Positions 7,831-15,581 of a DNA stretch of 64,000 nt are shown piece after piece; positions within the stretch are counted from its first letter, which is position 1; the number at the start of each line of letters is the position of its first letter. The stretch comes from Burkholderiaceae bacterium (lineage in GTDB: Bacteria; Pseudomonadota; Gammaproteobacteria; Burkholderiales; Burkholderiaceae_D): contig SCTK01000018.1 of NCBI GenBank assembly GCA_004298905.1, positions 5,870 through 69,869 on the forward strand, given 5' to 3'. Below the pieces are notes generated by a model. It had not been told where the DNA came from. It searched no databases and saw only the letters and a list, made by a program, of their open reading frames with translations. A program made the translations under genes and the position numbers.

Positions 7831-8832
7831 ATGAATAGCTACATCTTGTGTGTTCGCGATAAGGCCTCCGGGGAAGACAAGTTCGGGAGCGGTCTCGGTT
7901 CGGCTTCATATCTGGAAGTTCCGGACGGCGCAAATGTGCCGCTCCCTTCGCAAAAAGTCGGTGGGGTAAAGGAATGGTTAGACAGGATTGTGAAACAAGC
8001 GAGCCCGCCCGGGACGGAATCAGGAAATGAGCTGGATATTATTTTCTTTGTGCATGGCTATAACACAGACCCGGAAGAAGCATTGAAGCGCCAACGACAG
8101 GTTGAGAAAGAGTTAAGGAATCGCGGTTTCCAGTGCATGGTCATTGGCTTCGATTGGCCGACTGGTGGCAGTGCCGTGCTGTACGAATATGACCGTTTCG
8201 AGGCGCAGAGTGCGGCGTCTCTTCTGGTTAAGGGCGGCATTATTCCGTTTGCCAACTACACGCTCAAGGATTGCCCAATCAACATTCACGTGATGGCGCA
8301 TTCTATGGGCGGGTTCGTCGTGCGCGAAGCGTTTCGTGCTGTGGATAAAGGCCGTAACTCAGATTTGGCCAACGACTGGCGAATCGGTCAGGTGGTTCTG
8401 TTTGCCGCCGACATATCTTCAGATTGTTTTGCTCTCAACGATACCGAAATGGTGCCGGTATTTGATCACTGTGGACGACTCACCAATTATTTCAGTGGCT
8501 ACGACGAAGCGCTGGCGGTTTCCAACATAAAGAACATCGACATCAGCTCCCGCGTAGGGCGGGTTGGCATGCCAGCGGACACCCCCGCGCATGAGAAGGC
8601 AGTGGATGTCGATTGTGGCCCGCGTTACGTGGCTATACCGGAGGACAAAAGGAAGAAAGACCTCGAGAAGGTCGTTGATGGCATGGTGTCGCACTCGTGG
8701 TATTTGGAAGACAGCATCTGGTACGACGATCTGGCCTATACGTTGAAAGGACAAATGGATCGAAATTCCATCCCTACTCGAACGCGTGTTGGGCCAAATG
8801 ACTTTGTCCTGGTCACACAGGTGGTTAGTTGA
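7831..8832 (+). CDS. Alpha/beta hydrolase, DUF900 (PF05990)-like putative esterase/lipase
   Basis: ATG at 7831 follows AGGGGG. DIIFFVHGYNT, FDWPT, YEYDRFEA, nucleophile elbow AHSMGG, LFAADISSDCF and NYFSGYDEALAVS follow the DUF900 pattern. No signal peptide is evident. Confidence 0.7.
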   Translation: MNSYILCVRDKASGEDKFGSGLGSASYLEVPDGANVPLPSQKVGGVKEWLDRIVKQASPPGTESGNELDIIFFVHGYNTDPEEALKRQRQVEKELRNRGFQCMVIGFDWPTGGSAVLYEYDRFEAQSAASLLVKGGIIPFANYTLKDCPINIHVMAHSMGGFVVREAFRAVDKGRNSDLANDWRIGQVVLFAADISSDCFALNDTEMVPVFDHCGRLTNYFSGYDEALAVSNIKNIDISSRVGRVGMPADTPAHEKAVDVDCGPRYVAIPEDKRKKDLEKVVDGMVSHSWYLEDSIWYDDLAYTLKGQMDRNSIPTRTRVGPNDFVLVTQVVS

Positions 8833-8938
8833 AACTCGCATCAACAAGCGTGTTGCCGGGTCACCCAACCAAGCATTCCACCGGACCTTCGCAAAGAATC
8901 GCGCAGCCCGGTGGGTTCGAACGTTAACCGCTTCGCGC

Positions 8939-9502
8939 ATGAACAGGCCCCCCGAGTTTGCAGAGGAGTACACATTCACCGAGAGAGTCCGAATCATCGT
9001 ACTCGGTGTGCTTGTTGGGATCCCGGTCATCGCCGTGGCAAAGCTGTTTCTTTCTCCTTGGCTGGCCGGGTTCGCCGCTTCAGCGCACTGCCGAACCGTG
9101 TTGGGCTTGGGTGGCGTCGCCGTGCTTTGGTATGGCCTGTTTGTCGGGCTTCCGCTGTTTTGCGCAGCTCTGGTTGCTGGCACTATGGGTCGCCGAGGTG
9201 TCAAGGTGCTGCGCGCCTCGCAGGTGCCACTGCCTGGCGAGAAAGTCTTTCGTCCCACACGCATTGTTCGAGGCACGAGAGCAATACGCATCGGCTACGG
9301 CCACGTTCTGGCATGTACCCTTCTTATTGCGTGCTCAGTTTGGGGCGCGTATCAAGCAGCCGCTTTATCCAAACAAGGGCAGGCCACCACTGTCAAATGC
9401 GCAGCCAATCCCAACACACCTCGCCGTCTTGTTGATCAACACGATCCGGAAACAGGCGAAAGAAGTGGCGGCAACATTTCACCGCGCGCTCGAAAACCAT
9501 AA
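8939..9502 (+). CDS. Three-TM membrane protein ORF; its 3' portion looks like out-of-frame read-through, possibly the N-terminal half of a broken gene
   Basis: The product starts MNRPPEFAEEYTF and has three hydrophobic helices: IIVLGVLVGIPVIAVAKLFL, VLGLGGVAVLWYGLFVGLPLFCAALVAG and HVLACTLLIACSVWGAY. After about nt 9400 the translation becomes low-quality (PRRLVDQHDPETGERSGG). Confidence 0.4.
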   Translation: MNRPPEFAEEYTFTERVRIIVLGVLVGIPVIAVAKLFLSPWLAGFAASAHCRTVLGLGGVAVLWYGLFVGLPLFCAALVAGTMGRRGVKVLRASQVPLPGEKVFRPTRIVRGTRAIRIGYGHVLACTLLIACSVWGAYQAAALSKQGQATTVKCAANPNTPRRLVDQHDPETGERSGGNISPRARKP

Positions 9503-9641
9503 TCTGAATGCAAAGCGCGGCTACGATATCTTGTTCTCCCATGGCATCGTCGAATTTGACCCCGCGAAACACCCTACGATTGAAGCGCTGCTGGCAGAGG
9601 GCGACGCCGCCATGTACGAATTCAAAAGGTCCAAAGGCTAA
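9414..9641 (+). pseudogene. C-terminal about 75 aa fragment of a GGDEF diguanylate cyclase domain
   Basis: This is the frame of track ORF 8958..9641. LAVLLINTIRKQAKEVAATFHRALENH...YDILFSHGIVEFDP...TIEALLAEGDAAMYEFKRSKG aligns with the region from the GGDEF strand to the terminal ADxALYxAKxxGRN helix. The upstream part of that frame is Cys/Trp/Arg-rich junk. Confidence 0.55.
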
Positions 9642-9677
9642 AGCGGCAAACCACATCGGCGGGCCGCTGGCACGCTT

Positions 9678-9706
9678 TTGCACGCCATAAAAATTATCTA
9701 TATAAT
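9678..9706 (+). promoter_or_regulatory. Sigma-70 promoter of the tRNA-Ala/Glu/Asp cluster
   Basis: TTGCAC-N17-TATAAT is followed by a GC-rich discriminator (CCCGC), about 15 nt upstream of the tRNA-Ala 5' end. Confidence 0.6.
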
Positions 9707-9721
9707 CCCGCTTCTTCGTTT

Positions 9722-9797
<76 letters not shown>

Positions 9798-9858
9798 AGT
9801 CTCTTTCGGTGATCGACGAGGAATAACAGCAGTTGCAGTACCCGTAAGTCAGTGCCTC

Positions 9859-9934
9859 GTCCCCATCGTCTAGAGGCCTAGGACATCACCCTTTCACGGT
9901 GAGTACCGGGGTTCGAATCCCCGTGGGGACGCCA
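9859..9934 (+). tRNA. tRNA-Glu (anticodon UUC)
   Basis: GTCCCCATCGTCTAGAGGCCTAGGACA...CCCTTTCACGG...GGTTCGAATCCCCGTGGGGACGCCA is close to E. coli tRNA-Glu. Confidence 0.95.
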
Positions 9935-10001
9935 AATCCAAGAGGCTTGGCGTTGTATGCCAAGCTTTTTCATTTTGGCAATAAGTTTTACCACCGCATA
10001 C

Positions 10002-10078
10002 GGAGCGGTAGTTCAGTTGGTTAGAATACCGGCCTGTCACGCCGGGGGTCGCGGGTTCGAGCCCCGTCCGCTCCGCCA
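10002..10078 (+). tRNA. tRNA-Asp (anticodon GUC)
   Basis: GGAGCGGTAGTTCAGTTGGTTAGAATACCGGCCTGTCACGCCGGGGGTCGCGGGTTCGAGCCCCGTCCGCTCCGCCA is close to E. coli tRNA-Asp. Confidence 0.95.
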
Positions 10079-10085
10079 AACACAA

Positions 10086-10110
10086 AAGCCACCCTCGGGT
10101 GGCTTTTTTG
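10086..10110 (+). terminator. Rho-independent terminator of the tRNA cluster
   Basis: Stem GCCACCC / GGGTGGC with loop TCG, followed by TTTTTTG. Confidence 0.8.
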
Positions 10111-10248
10111 TTTGGTGCAGTGGATGGGCAGCGAGAACCCGCCGGGTTCGGGCAAACAGTCCAGTGGACTGTTTGCAGACGTCAGCCTTCGGCTGACGGT
10201 CGCGAAGCGATGAATTTCGCAAGGGTTTCTTGCGAAATTCACAAGGGC

Positions 10249-10280
10249 CCCCGTCCGCTCCGCGCCACCCGCAGGGTGGC
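10249..10280. repeat. Direct repeat of the tRNA-Asp 3' end plus a terminator-like hairpin (att-like scar)
   Basis: CCCCGTCCGCTCCGC at 10249-10263 is identical to 10062-10076 inside tRNA-Asp. It is followed by GCCACCCGCAGGGTGGC, compare GCCACCCTCGGGTGGC at 10088-10103. Confidence 0.75.
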
Positions 10281-10288
10281 TTAGCGTC

Positions 10289-11629
10289 CTACAAACTTAG
10301 CGAATATTTCCTGTCAGCGCGTTTGTGCAGTGGATCAAATCCCAGCTCCCTTGTCTCTCCGTTCCAGTCAAAAGGGAGACCGGTATAAGGGTTACACCAC
10401 TCAGTTGGGAGTTTCTTGTTTGCTTCTGAAACCCCAGTGTTCATCAATCTGATTTTCCAGCTCGCACCAACCAGCCGGTTCATTGCATACAGATCAAATA
10501 CGCGATCGATGTAGTCCACATAACTGGTGGACGCCATCCATGCCGATATTCTGCCGATAGGGTTGTACGCCCAGGAAATATCTGGTTGAGCCATGGATTC
10601 AAGCCGGTGTGTCAACGCCGCGCGCTCCTGTACCCACTCATGCGGTTTTAAGCGGGAAACCGCCATGTATTCTGACACCCACTTAGCCGTTTGATTTTCA
10701 AAATCCTGGCGGTTATAGACCAAGCGAGTCAGGAATGACAAAAGATAATCAAGGCGCTGCTCAGGCAGAGATGATAGTGCCTTGTTGTTACCAAGAATTT
10801 CACCAACTTTGCGTATGAAATCGTTTTCATAGCGGATGGCAGGGCTCATGTCGAGTGAAGATTCTGAAAAGATCAAGGCACGTGCGATCAGCGCCTCATA
10901 GCGCCGCAAATCTTCTAGACGCATATCGGCAATAAATTCCCCCAGCAGGCGATAATTCTTGTGCAGTTGCACGGTAGCAATCATTTTCATAATCAGGGAT
11001 CTGGATTGCTCGAATACAAGCCGATTGAAACGAATGTCCATTTCCAGCGCTTGCAGCGGCTCTTCGCGCTTGCCGCCAATATATTGGGCGGTGATTTCTG
11101 TCAAAAAAAGATTCTGCGCCTGAGTGTGCAGTGCGATATTCGGTAAGTGTGGACCGGCCACAGCTTGTTCTTCGAATGACTGAAATTTCTGCAGCGTTCG
11201 ATAGCGACCCAGCAAATGCGCATTTGCTGTCAAGGTTGCACGCAATTTCTTCTGATCGGCTGCGCGAATTTCCTGCAGACATCGTTGCGCCAGAGGGTTG
11301 CAGAATTTTTCGATGTTGATGTGCGATTCAGGAATTGGCTCAACAGGGTCTGTTGTTCCAAATCCGAGTGCATTGGCTTGATTGTATTTGTCCAGACGCC
11401 TTCTGCCAGCATCGATTGGGTCGGAATTTTTGTCGGCATCGAACCCGAGCATATACAGATAAGCATTGTCCCGATCTTGTAGCGTGTTGACGAAAGGCTT
11501 GGCGAGTTCTACTGCTGCCGGACTCGGCTTGCGATCAAACAGGTTGATCAGAATCACGAGAAGAATGCAGGCAACGGCTATGAGCAGCAACCATTTGACG
11601 ATCTTCCAGGTGCGTCTCAACAACATCAT
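10289..11629 (-). CDS. Hypothetical membrane-anchored protein, 446 aa, no family recognised
   Basis: A long uninterrupted ORF in a low-GC segment (hand count 42 % in 10741-10800). The N-terminal TM anchor is IVKWLLLIAVACILLVILINLF. The rest is hydrophilic and helix-rich. It is the only substantial ORF here. Confidence 0.7.
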   Translation of the reverse strand: MMLLRRTWKIVKWLLLIAVACILLVILINLFDRKPSPAAVELAKPFVNTLQDRDNAYLYMLGFDADKNSDPIDAGRRRLDKYNQANALGFGTTDPVEPIPESHINIEKFCNPLAQRCLQEIRAADQKKLRATLTANAHLLGRYRTLQKFQSFEEQAVAGPHLPNIALHTQAQNLFLTEITAQYIGGKREEPLQALEMDIRFNRLVFEQSRSLIMKMIATVQLHKNYRLLGEFIADMRLEDLRRYEALIARALIFSESSLDMSPAIRYENDFIRKVGEILGNNKALSSLPEQRLDYLLSFLTRLVYNRQDFENQTAKWVSEYMAVSRLKPHEWVQERAALTHRLESMAQPDISWAYNPIGRISAWMASTSYVDYIDRVFDLYAMNRLVGASWKIRLMNTGVSEANKKLPTEWCNPYTGLPFDWNGETRELGFDPLHKRADRKYSLSL

Positions 11630-11711
11630 TCCGTGTTCCCCCTTTATTATTCTCAGAATCGATCAAGTGTAGTGTTGCATGCTGCGCGGAACTTAAGCAC
11701 ATTGCCCACGT

Positions 11712-11832
11712 CCCCTCTCCCGCAGGCGGGAGAGGGTTAGGGTGAGGGCGCATCCATCTTCGTACTACAAAAACATTGCCCCGTTCCGTCGCCCTCATCC
11801 CCAACCCTTCTCCCGCCTGCGGGAGAAGGGGG
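11712..11832. repeat. Composite REP-like palindromic element (same family as 792-884)
   Basis: CTCTCCCGC-aggc-GGGAGAG, then GGGTGAGGGCG...CGCCCTCATCCC as a long-range stem, then CTTCTCCCGC-ctgc-GGGAGAAG. Track ORF 11535..11846 is an artefact of it. Confidence 0.7.
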
Positions 11833-11887
11833 AGAACCAAGCCCACCAGAGTTCGAAGATAAGGCCGCTCAAGAATGCAGCACTACA

Positions 11888-12559
11888 CTAGCTTGGCAGG
11901 ATGCGCTGCAACCATTGGCCGATGTCGTTCACCTCATCCGCGCACACCGAATGCTGCATCGGGTACTCGTGCCATTCCACACGATAGCCCATCTCTTCGA
12001 GCCGAGCCCTGGTCTGCTGTCCCCATGCGAACTGCACGATTGTGTCCTGCGTGCCATGCGCCATGAAAATTGGCGTGTCCTGATTGGCACTGTGGCGTTC
12101 GCTGGCCACGGCTTCGTGCACAGGTAGATAGGTAGAGAGCGCGAGCAGTCCGGCCAGTTTGTGCGGGTAGCGCAGGCCGGTGTGCAGGGTGATGGCGCCG
12201 CCTTGCGAGAACCCGGCCAGGACGATGCGTTCGCTCGGGATGCCGCGTTCATTTTCGCGCTGGATCAATTGTTCAATCGCTGCTTGCGAAGCGCGCACGC
12301 CGGCTTCATCTTCGCGCTGCGCAAAATCGGGCGTGCGGATGTCGTACCAGGCGCGCATCGGATAACCGCTGTTGATGGTGACCGGGATCACCGGCGCATG
12401 CGGGAAGACAAAGCGCAGCGGCAAGATTTTTTCCAGATCGAGTTCACGCACGATGGGCACGAAGTCGTGGCCGTCGGCGCCCAGTCCATGCAGCCAGATG
12501 ATGCTGGCTTGTGGGGTGGCGCGGCTTTGCAGTTCAACACATTCGAGTTCGGTGGTCAT
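11888..12559 (-). CDS. Carboxylesterase / phospholipase family alpha/beta hydrolase
   Basis: IIWLHGLGADGHDF, nucleophile elbow GFSQGG and FMAHGTQD are present, with the catalytic H near WHEYPMQHSV. The ATG at 12559 overlaps the mog stop (ATGA). Confidence 0.8.
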   Translation of the reverse strand: MTTELECVELQSRATPQASIIWLHGLGADGHDFVPIVRELDLEKILPLRFVFPHAPVIPVTINSGYPMRAWYDIRTPDFAQREDEAGVRASQAAIEQLIQRENERGIPSERIVLAGFSQGGAITLHTGLRYPHKLAGLLALSTYLPVHEAVASERHSANQDTPIFMAHGTQDTIVQFAWGQQTRARLEEMGYRVEWHEYPMQHSVCADEVNDIGQWLQRILPS

Positions 12560-13149
12560 GATTTTTTGAGGGCAGATTTGGGGCGGAATGCTTTGCAAAC
12601 CGCTTCATGTGTTTCGATATAAGGTCCGCCGATCAGATCGACGCAGTAGGGAATGGCGGCGAAAATTCCCGAAGCCAACACTGTGCCCTGCGCATCTTTC
12701 AAACCTTCCAGCGTTTCGGCAATCGCCTTGGGCTGGCCGGGCAGGTTGACGATCAGACTCTGTTTGCGGATCACGCCGACCTGCCGGGACAGTATAGCCG
12801 TCGGTACAAAGCGCAGACTGATCTGGCGCATCTGTTCGCCAAAGCCGGGCAACTCGCGGTCGGCAATCGCCAGCGTCGCTTCGGGCGTGACATCGCGCGG
12901 CGCCGGGCCGGTGCCGCCGGTGGTGAACACCAGGTGGCACTGTTGCACATCGACCAGTTCGATCAAGGTCGCTTCGATCTGCGCCTGTTCATCGGGAATC
13001 AGCCGCGTGACGGCTTCCCAGGGGTTGCGCAGGGCGCGGTTCAGCCAGTCCTGCAGACCGGGGATGCCCTTGTCTTCATACACGCCGCTGCTGGCGCGGT
13101 CGCTGATGGAGATCAGGCCGATGCGCAAGGTGTCGAGTGCGTCACTCAT
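12556..13149 (-). CDS. mog: Molybdopterin adenylyltransferase
   Basis: Collinear with E. coli Mog: LRIGLISISDRASSGVYEDKGIP, TTGGTGPAPRDVTPEAT and PGFGEQMRQISLRFVPTAILSRQ. Confidence 0.9.
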   Translation of the reverse strand: MSDALDTLRIGLISISDRASSGVYEDKGIPGLQDWLNRALRNPWEAVTRLIPDEQAQIEATLIELVDVQQCHLVFTTGGTGPAPRDVTPEATLAIADRELPGFGEQMRQISLRFVPTAILSRQVGVIRKQSLIVNLPGQPKAIAETLEGLKDAQGTVLASGIFAAIPYCVDLIGGPYIETHEAVCKAFRPKSALKKS

Positions 13150-13684
13150 CGTCGCTCTCGCCTGTATCGGTGTGTTGCTGCTTGAGCAATTGAAACAGTT
13201 CGCGGAAATATTTCGGCGGACGCGGCGGTTGCGCGGCTTGTTCCTTGCGTACGTTGCGGATCAGCGTGCGCAGCTGCTGCGCATCGACGGTGGGATGTTC
13301 CTGCAGGTAGGCGGTCAGCACGTCATCGTTATCGATGAGTTGCTGGCGTTGACGTTCAAGCCGGTGAAAGTGCGCGGTCTCTTCCGCGCTCTTGCCCTCC
13401 CAGCCGTCGATGGCCTTTTGAATCGCCGCGCCATCGACATCGCGCATGATCTTGCCGATCAATTGCATCTGCCGCCGCTTGCCTTCGTGGCTGCGAATGC
13501 GCTGCGCTTCGGCAATCTCGATCAGCAGCCGTTCCGGCAAGGGCAGGGTATTGAGTTTTTCGGCGGGGAGCGCGACCAGTTTCTTGCCGAGTTCCTGCAG
13601 GGCATGGCTATCCCGTTTCAGCTGGCTTTTGCTGGGGCCGTCGTAAATGGATTCGGCGTCCTTAGGGTCGGGATTCTCTTGCAT
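13142..13684 (-). CDS. yjgA: Ribosome-associated protein YjgA (DUF615)
   Basis: PSKSQLKRDSHALQELGKKLVALP ... EGKRRQMQLIGKIMR is the YjgA pattern. ATG at 13684. The gene has an 8-nt overlap with mog. Confidence 0.8.
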   Translation of the reverse strand: MQENPDPKDAESIYDGPSKSQLKRDSHALQELGKKLVALPAEKLNTLPLPERLLIEIAEAQRIRSHEGKRRQMQLIGKIMRDVDGAAIQKAIDGWEGKSAEETAHFHRLERQRQQLIDNDDVLTAYLQEHPTVDAQQLRTLIRNVRKEQAAQPPRPPKYFRELFQLLKQQHTDTGESDDE

Positions 13685-13748
13685 CGTGATTCGCTGAATT
13701 GAAGTGTGGGCGGTATGATAGCGCGCTTGTCGAATGGATTCCCTACCT

Positions 13749-15101
13749 ATGTCCACACCCCGTTTCAGCTTTACTCAAGACGCCCTCAAAACCCTCGCCG
13801 CCGAGGTTTTGCAGCAGGCCCGTGCGCTGGGCGCGTCCGATGCCGCGTGCGAATTTTCCGAAGGCCATGCGCTGTCGGTCACCGTGCGCCAGGGCAGTGT
13901 CGAAACCATCGAACACAACCGCGACAAGGGCATGGGCGTGACGGTCTATATCGGCCAGCGGCGCGGCCATGCCAGCAGCTCCGATTTTTCTTCTCGCGCA
14001 CTGCACGATGCGGTGAAAGCGGCTTACGACATTGCCCGCTTCACGGCCGAAGATGATTGCGCCGGGCTGCCCGATGCCGAGCAACTGGAAACCGCGCCGC
14101 CGGATCTCGATCTGTATCACCCCTGGGCGCTGGATGCCGATCATGCCGCGCAACTGGCGCAGCGCGCCGAAGCGGCGGCATTGGCCACCAGCCCGCTGAT
14201 TCGCAATTCCGAAGGCGCGTCAGTGTCCGCCAATCACGGCCAGTTTGTGATGGCCAACACGCGCGGATTTTCCGGTGGCTATCCTTACTCACGCCACTAC
14301 CTTTCCTGCGCGCCGATTGCCGGGCAAGGCAAACACATGCAGCGCGACGATTGGTATAGCAGCGCGCGCGATCACCGCCATATGGCCACGCCCGAAGCAG
14401 TGGGGCGCTACGCCGCCGAGCGCGCCCTGGCACGCCTGCATGCGCGCTCGCTCAAAACCCGGCAAGTGCCGGTGCTGTTCGATGCGCCGCTGGCGGTGGG
14501 ACTGCTCGGCAGTTTCACGCAAGCAGTCAGCGGCGGCGCCCTGTATCGTAAATCCAGTTTCCTGCTCGATTCGCTGGGGCAGGCTGTGATGGCCGAACAT
14601 CTGACGCTGAAAGAAGATCCCACGCTGCGCGCTGCGCTGGGTAGCACACCGTTCGATGAAGAAGGCGTCAAAGTGGCGCCACGCGATGTGGTGCATGACG
14701 GCGTCTTGCAAGGCTATTTCCTGTCTTGCTATTCCGCCCGCAAGCTTGGCATGCAAACGACGGGCAATGCAGGTGGCTCGCACAATCTCTTCCTCACCAG
14801 CCGCCACACGCAGGCGCAGGACAACCTGCCTGCGATGCTGAGAAAACTCGGCACCGGTTTGTTCGTCACCGAATTGATGGGCCAGGGTGTCAATACCGTC
14901 ACCGGCGATTATTCGCGCGGCGCGTTTGGCTACTGGGTGGAAGGCGGCGAAATTTGCTACCCGGTGCAGGAAATCACGATTGCCGGGAATCTGAAACAGA
15001 TGCTGCACGACATCACCGCCATCGGCAGCGACGTGATCACACGCGGGACGAAAAATACCGGCTCCATATTGCTTTCCAATATGACGGTGGCAGGCGCATA
15101 G
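13749..15101 (+). CDS. pmbA: Metalloprotease PmbA (TldE)
   Basis: About 450 aa of the PmbA/TldD family, with a C-terminal GDYSRGAFGYWVEGGEI motif. It is divergent from yjgA as in E. coli. An alternative start lies at 13734. Confidence 0.85.
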   Translation: MSTPRFSFTQDALKTLAAEVLQQARALGASDAACEFSEGHALSVTVRQGSVETIEHNRDKGMGVTVYIGQRRGHASSSDFSSRALHDAVKAAYDIARFTAEDDCAGLPDAEQLETAPPDLDLYHPWALDADHAAQLAQRAEAAALATSPLIRNSEGASVSANHGQFVMANTRGFSGGYPYSRHYLSCAPIAGQGKHMQRDDWYSSARDHRHMATPEAVGRYAAERALARLHARSLKTRQVPVLFDAPLAVGLLGSFTQAVSGGALYRKSSFLLDSLGQAVMAEHLTLKEDPTLRAALGSTPFDEEGVKVAPRDVVHDGVLQGYFLSCYSARKLGMQTTGNAGGSHNLFLTSRHTQAQDNLPAMLRKLGTGLFVTELMGQGVNTVTGDYSRGAFGYWVEGGEICYPVQEITIAGNLKQMLHDITAIGSDVITRGTKNTGSILLSNMTVAGA

Positions 15102-15130
15102 AAAGTTGCGCCATCAGTTGTTTGAAAACA

Positions 15131-15577
15131 ATGCGGCTTTACAATTCTCCAAAACAACCGACACTCCAAGTGCCCATAGAACAATACAAAAAAACCAGCC
15201 GATTATTCAACTTGCTATCGGCATCCTTCGCCTTCTTTCTGTGGGGAGGATGGGCCTATTACCTCAATGGATCTTCTCAGGAAAATACCGGACTGATTTC
15301 CGGGATCGCTCAGGGCACGGCCAGCTTTTTTATCACCTTATGCATGGTTCACGTCGTAACATTTCTGTACCACCACCTATCGCCAAATAAATGGCGTATA
15401 TGGCTACCTGCATTGCTTACCGTTTCCGTGACGGGGAGCGGCCTGGTCTGTATGCACTATTGGCTCGGTACGCCTCACATTTTTTATACGATATCGCCAG
15501 CACTTACTGTGGCATTTATATTTTGTTTATTCACCACTCAAAAATTACGGCAGGTTAATAAAGAAAAAGGAGATTGA
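15131..15577 (+). CDS. Small four-TM membrane protein of unknown function (first gene of the low-GC lipid cassette)
   Basis: ATG at 15131, 148 aa. Hydrophobic helices include FAFFLWGGWAYYL, ASFFITLCMVHVVTFLY and WLPALLTVSVTGSGLVCM. The track ORF 14726..15577 is an upstream extension overlapping pmbA. Confidence 0.6.
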   Translation: MRLYNSPKQPTLQVPIEQYKKTSRLFNLLSASFAFFLWGGWAYYLNGSSQENTGLISGIAQGTASFFITLCMVHVVTFLYHHLSPNKWRIWLPALLTVSVTGSGLVCMHYWLGTPHIFYTISPALTVAFIFCLFTTQKLRQVNKEKGD

Positions 15578-15581
15578 GGCT

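Noticed and set aside
8419-9291. 290-aa ORF on the minus strand
   Set aside because: It is antisense to the DUF900 hydrolase and the 3-TM ORF. It has a Pro/Arg/Thr/Ser-rich composition without motifs. The plus-strand readings are much better supported.
9894-10284. Several 60-80-aa ORFs on both strands
   Set aside because: They run through tRNA-Glu, tRNA-Asp, the terminator and the hairpin array. They are translations of structured RNA or repeat DNA.
14726-15130. Upstream extension of the small membrane protein ORF (track ORF 14726..15577)
   Set aside because: The extension overlaps the 3' part of pmbA in another frame with Arg/His/Gly-rich sequence. The hydrophobic protein begins at ATG 15131, after the pmbA stop and at the GC drop.
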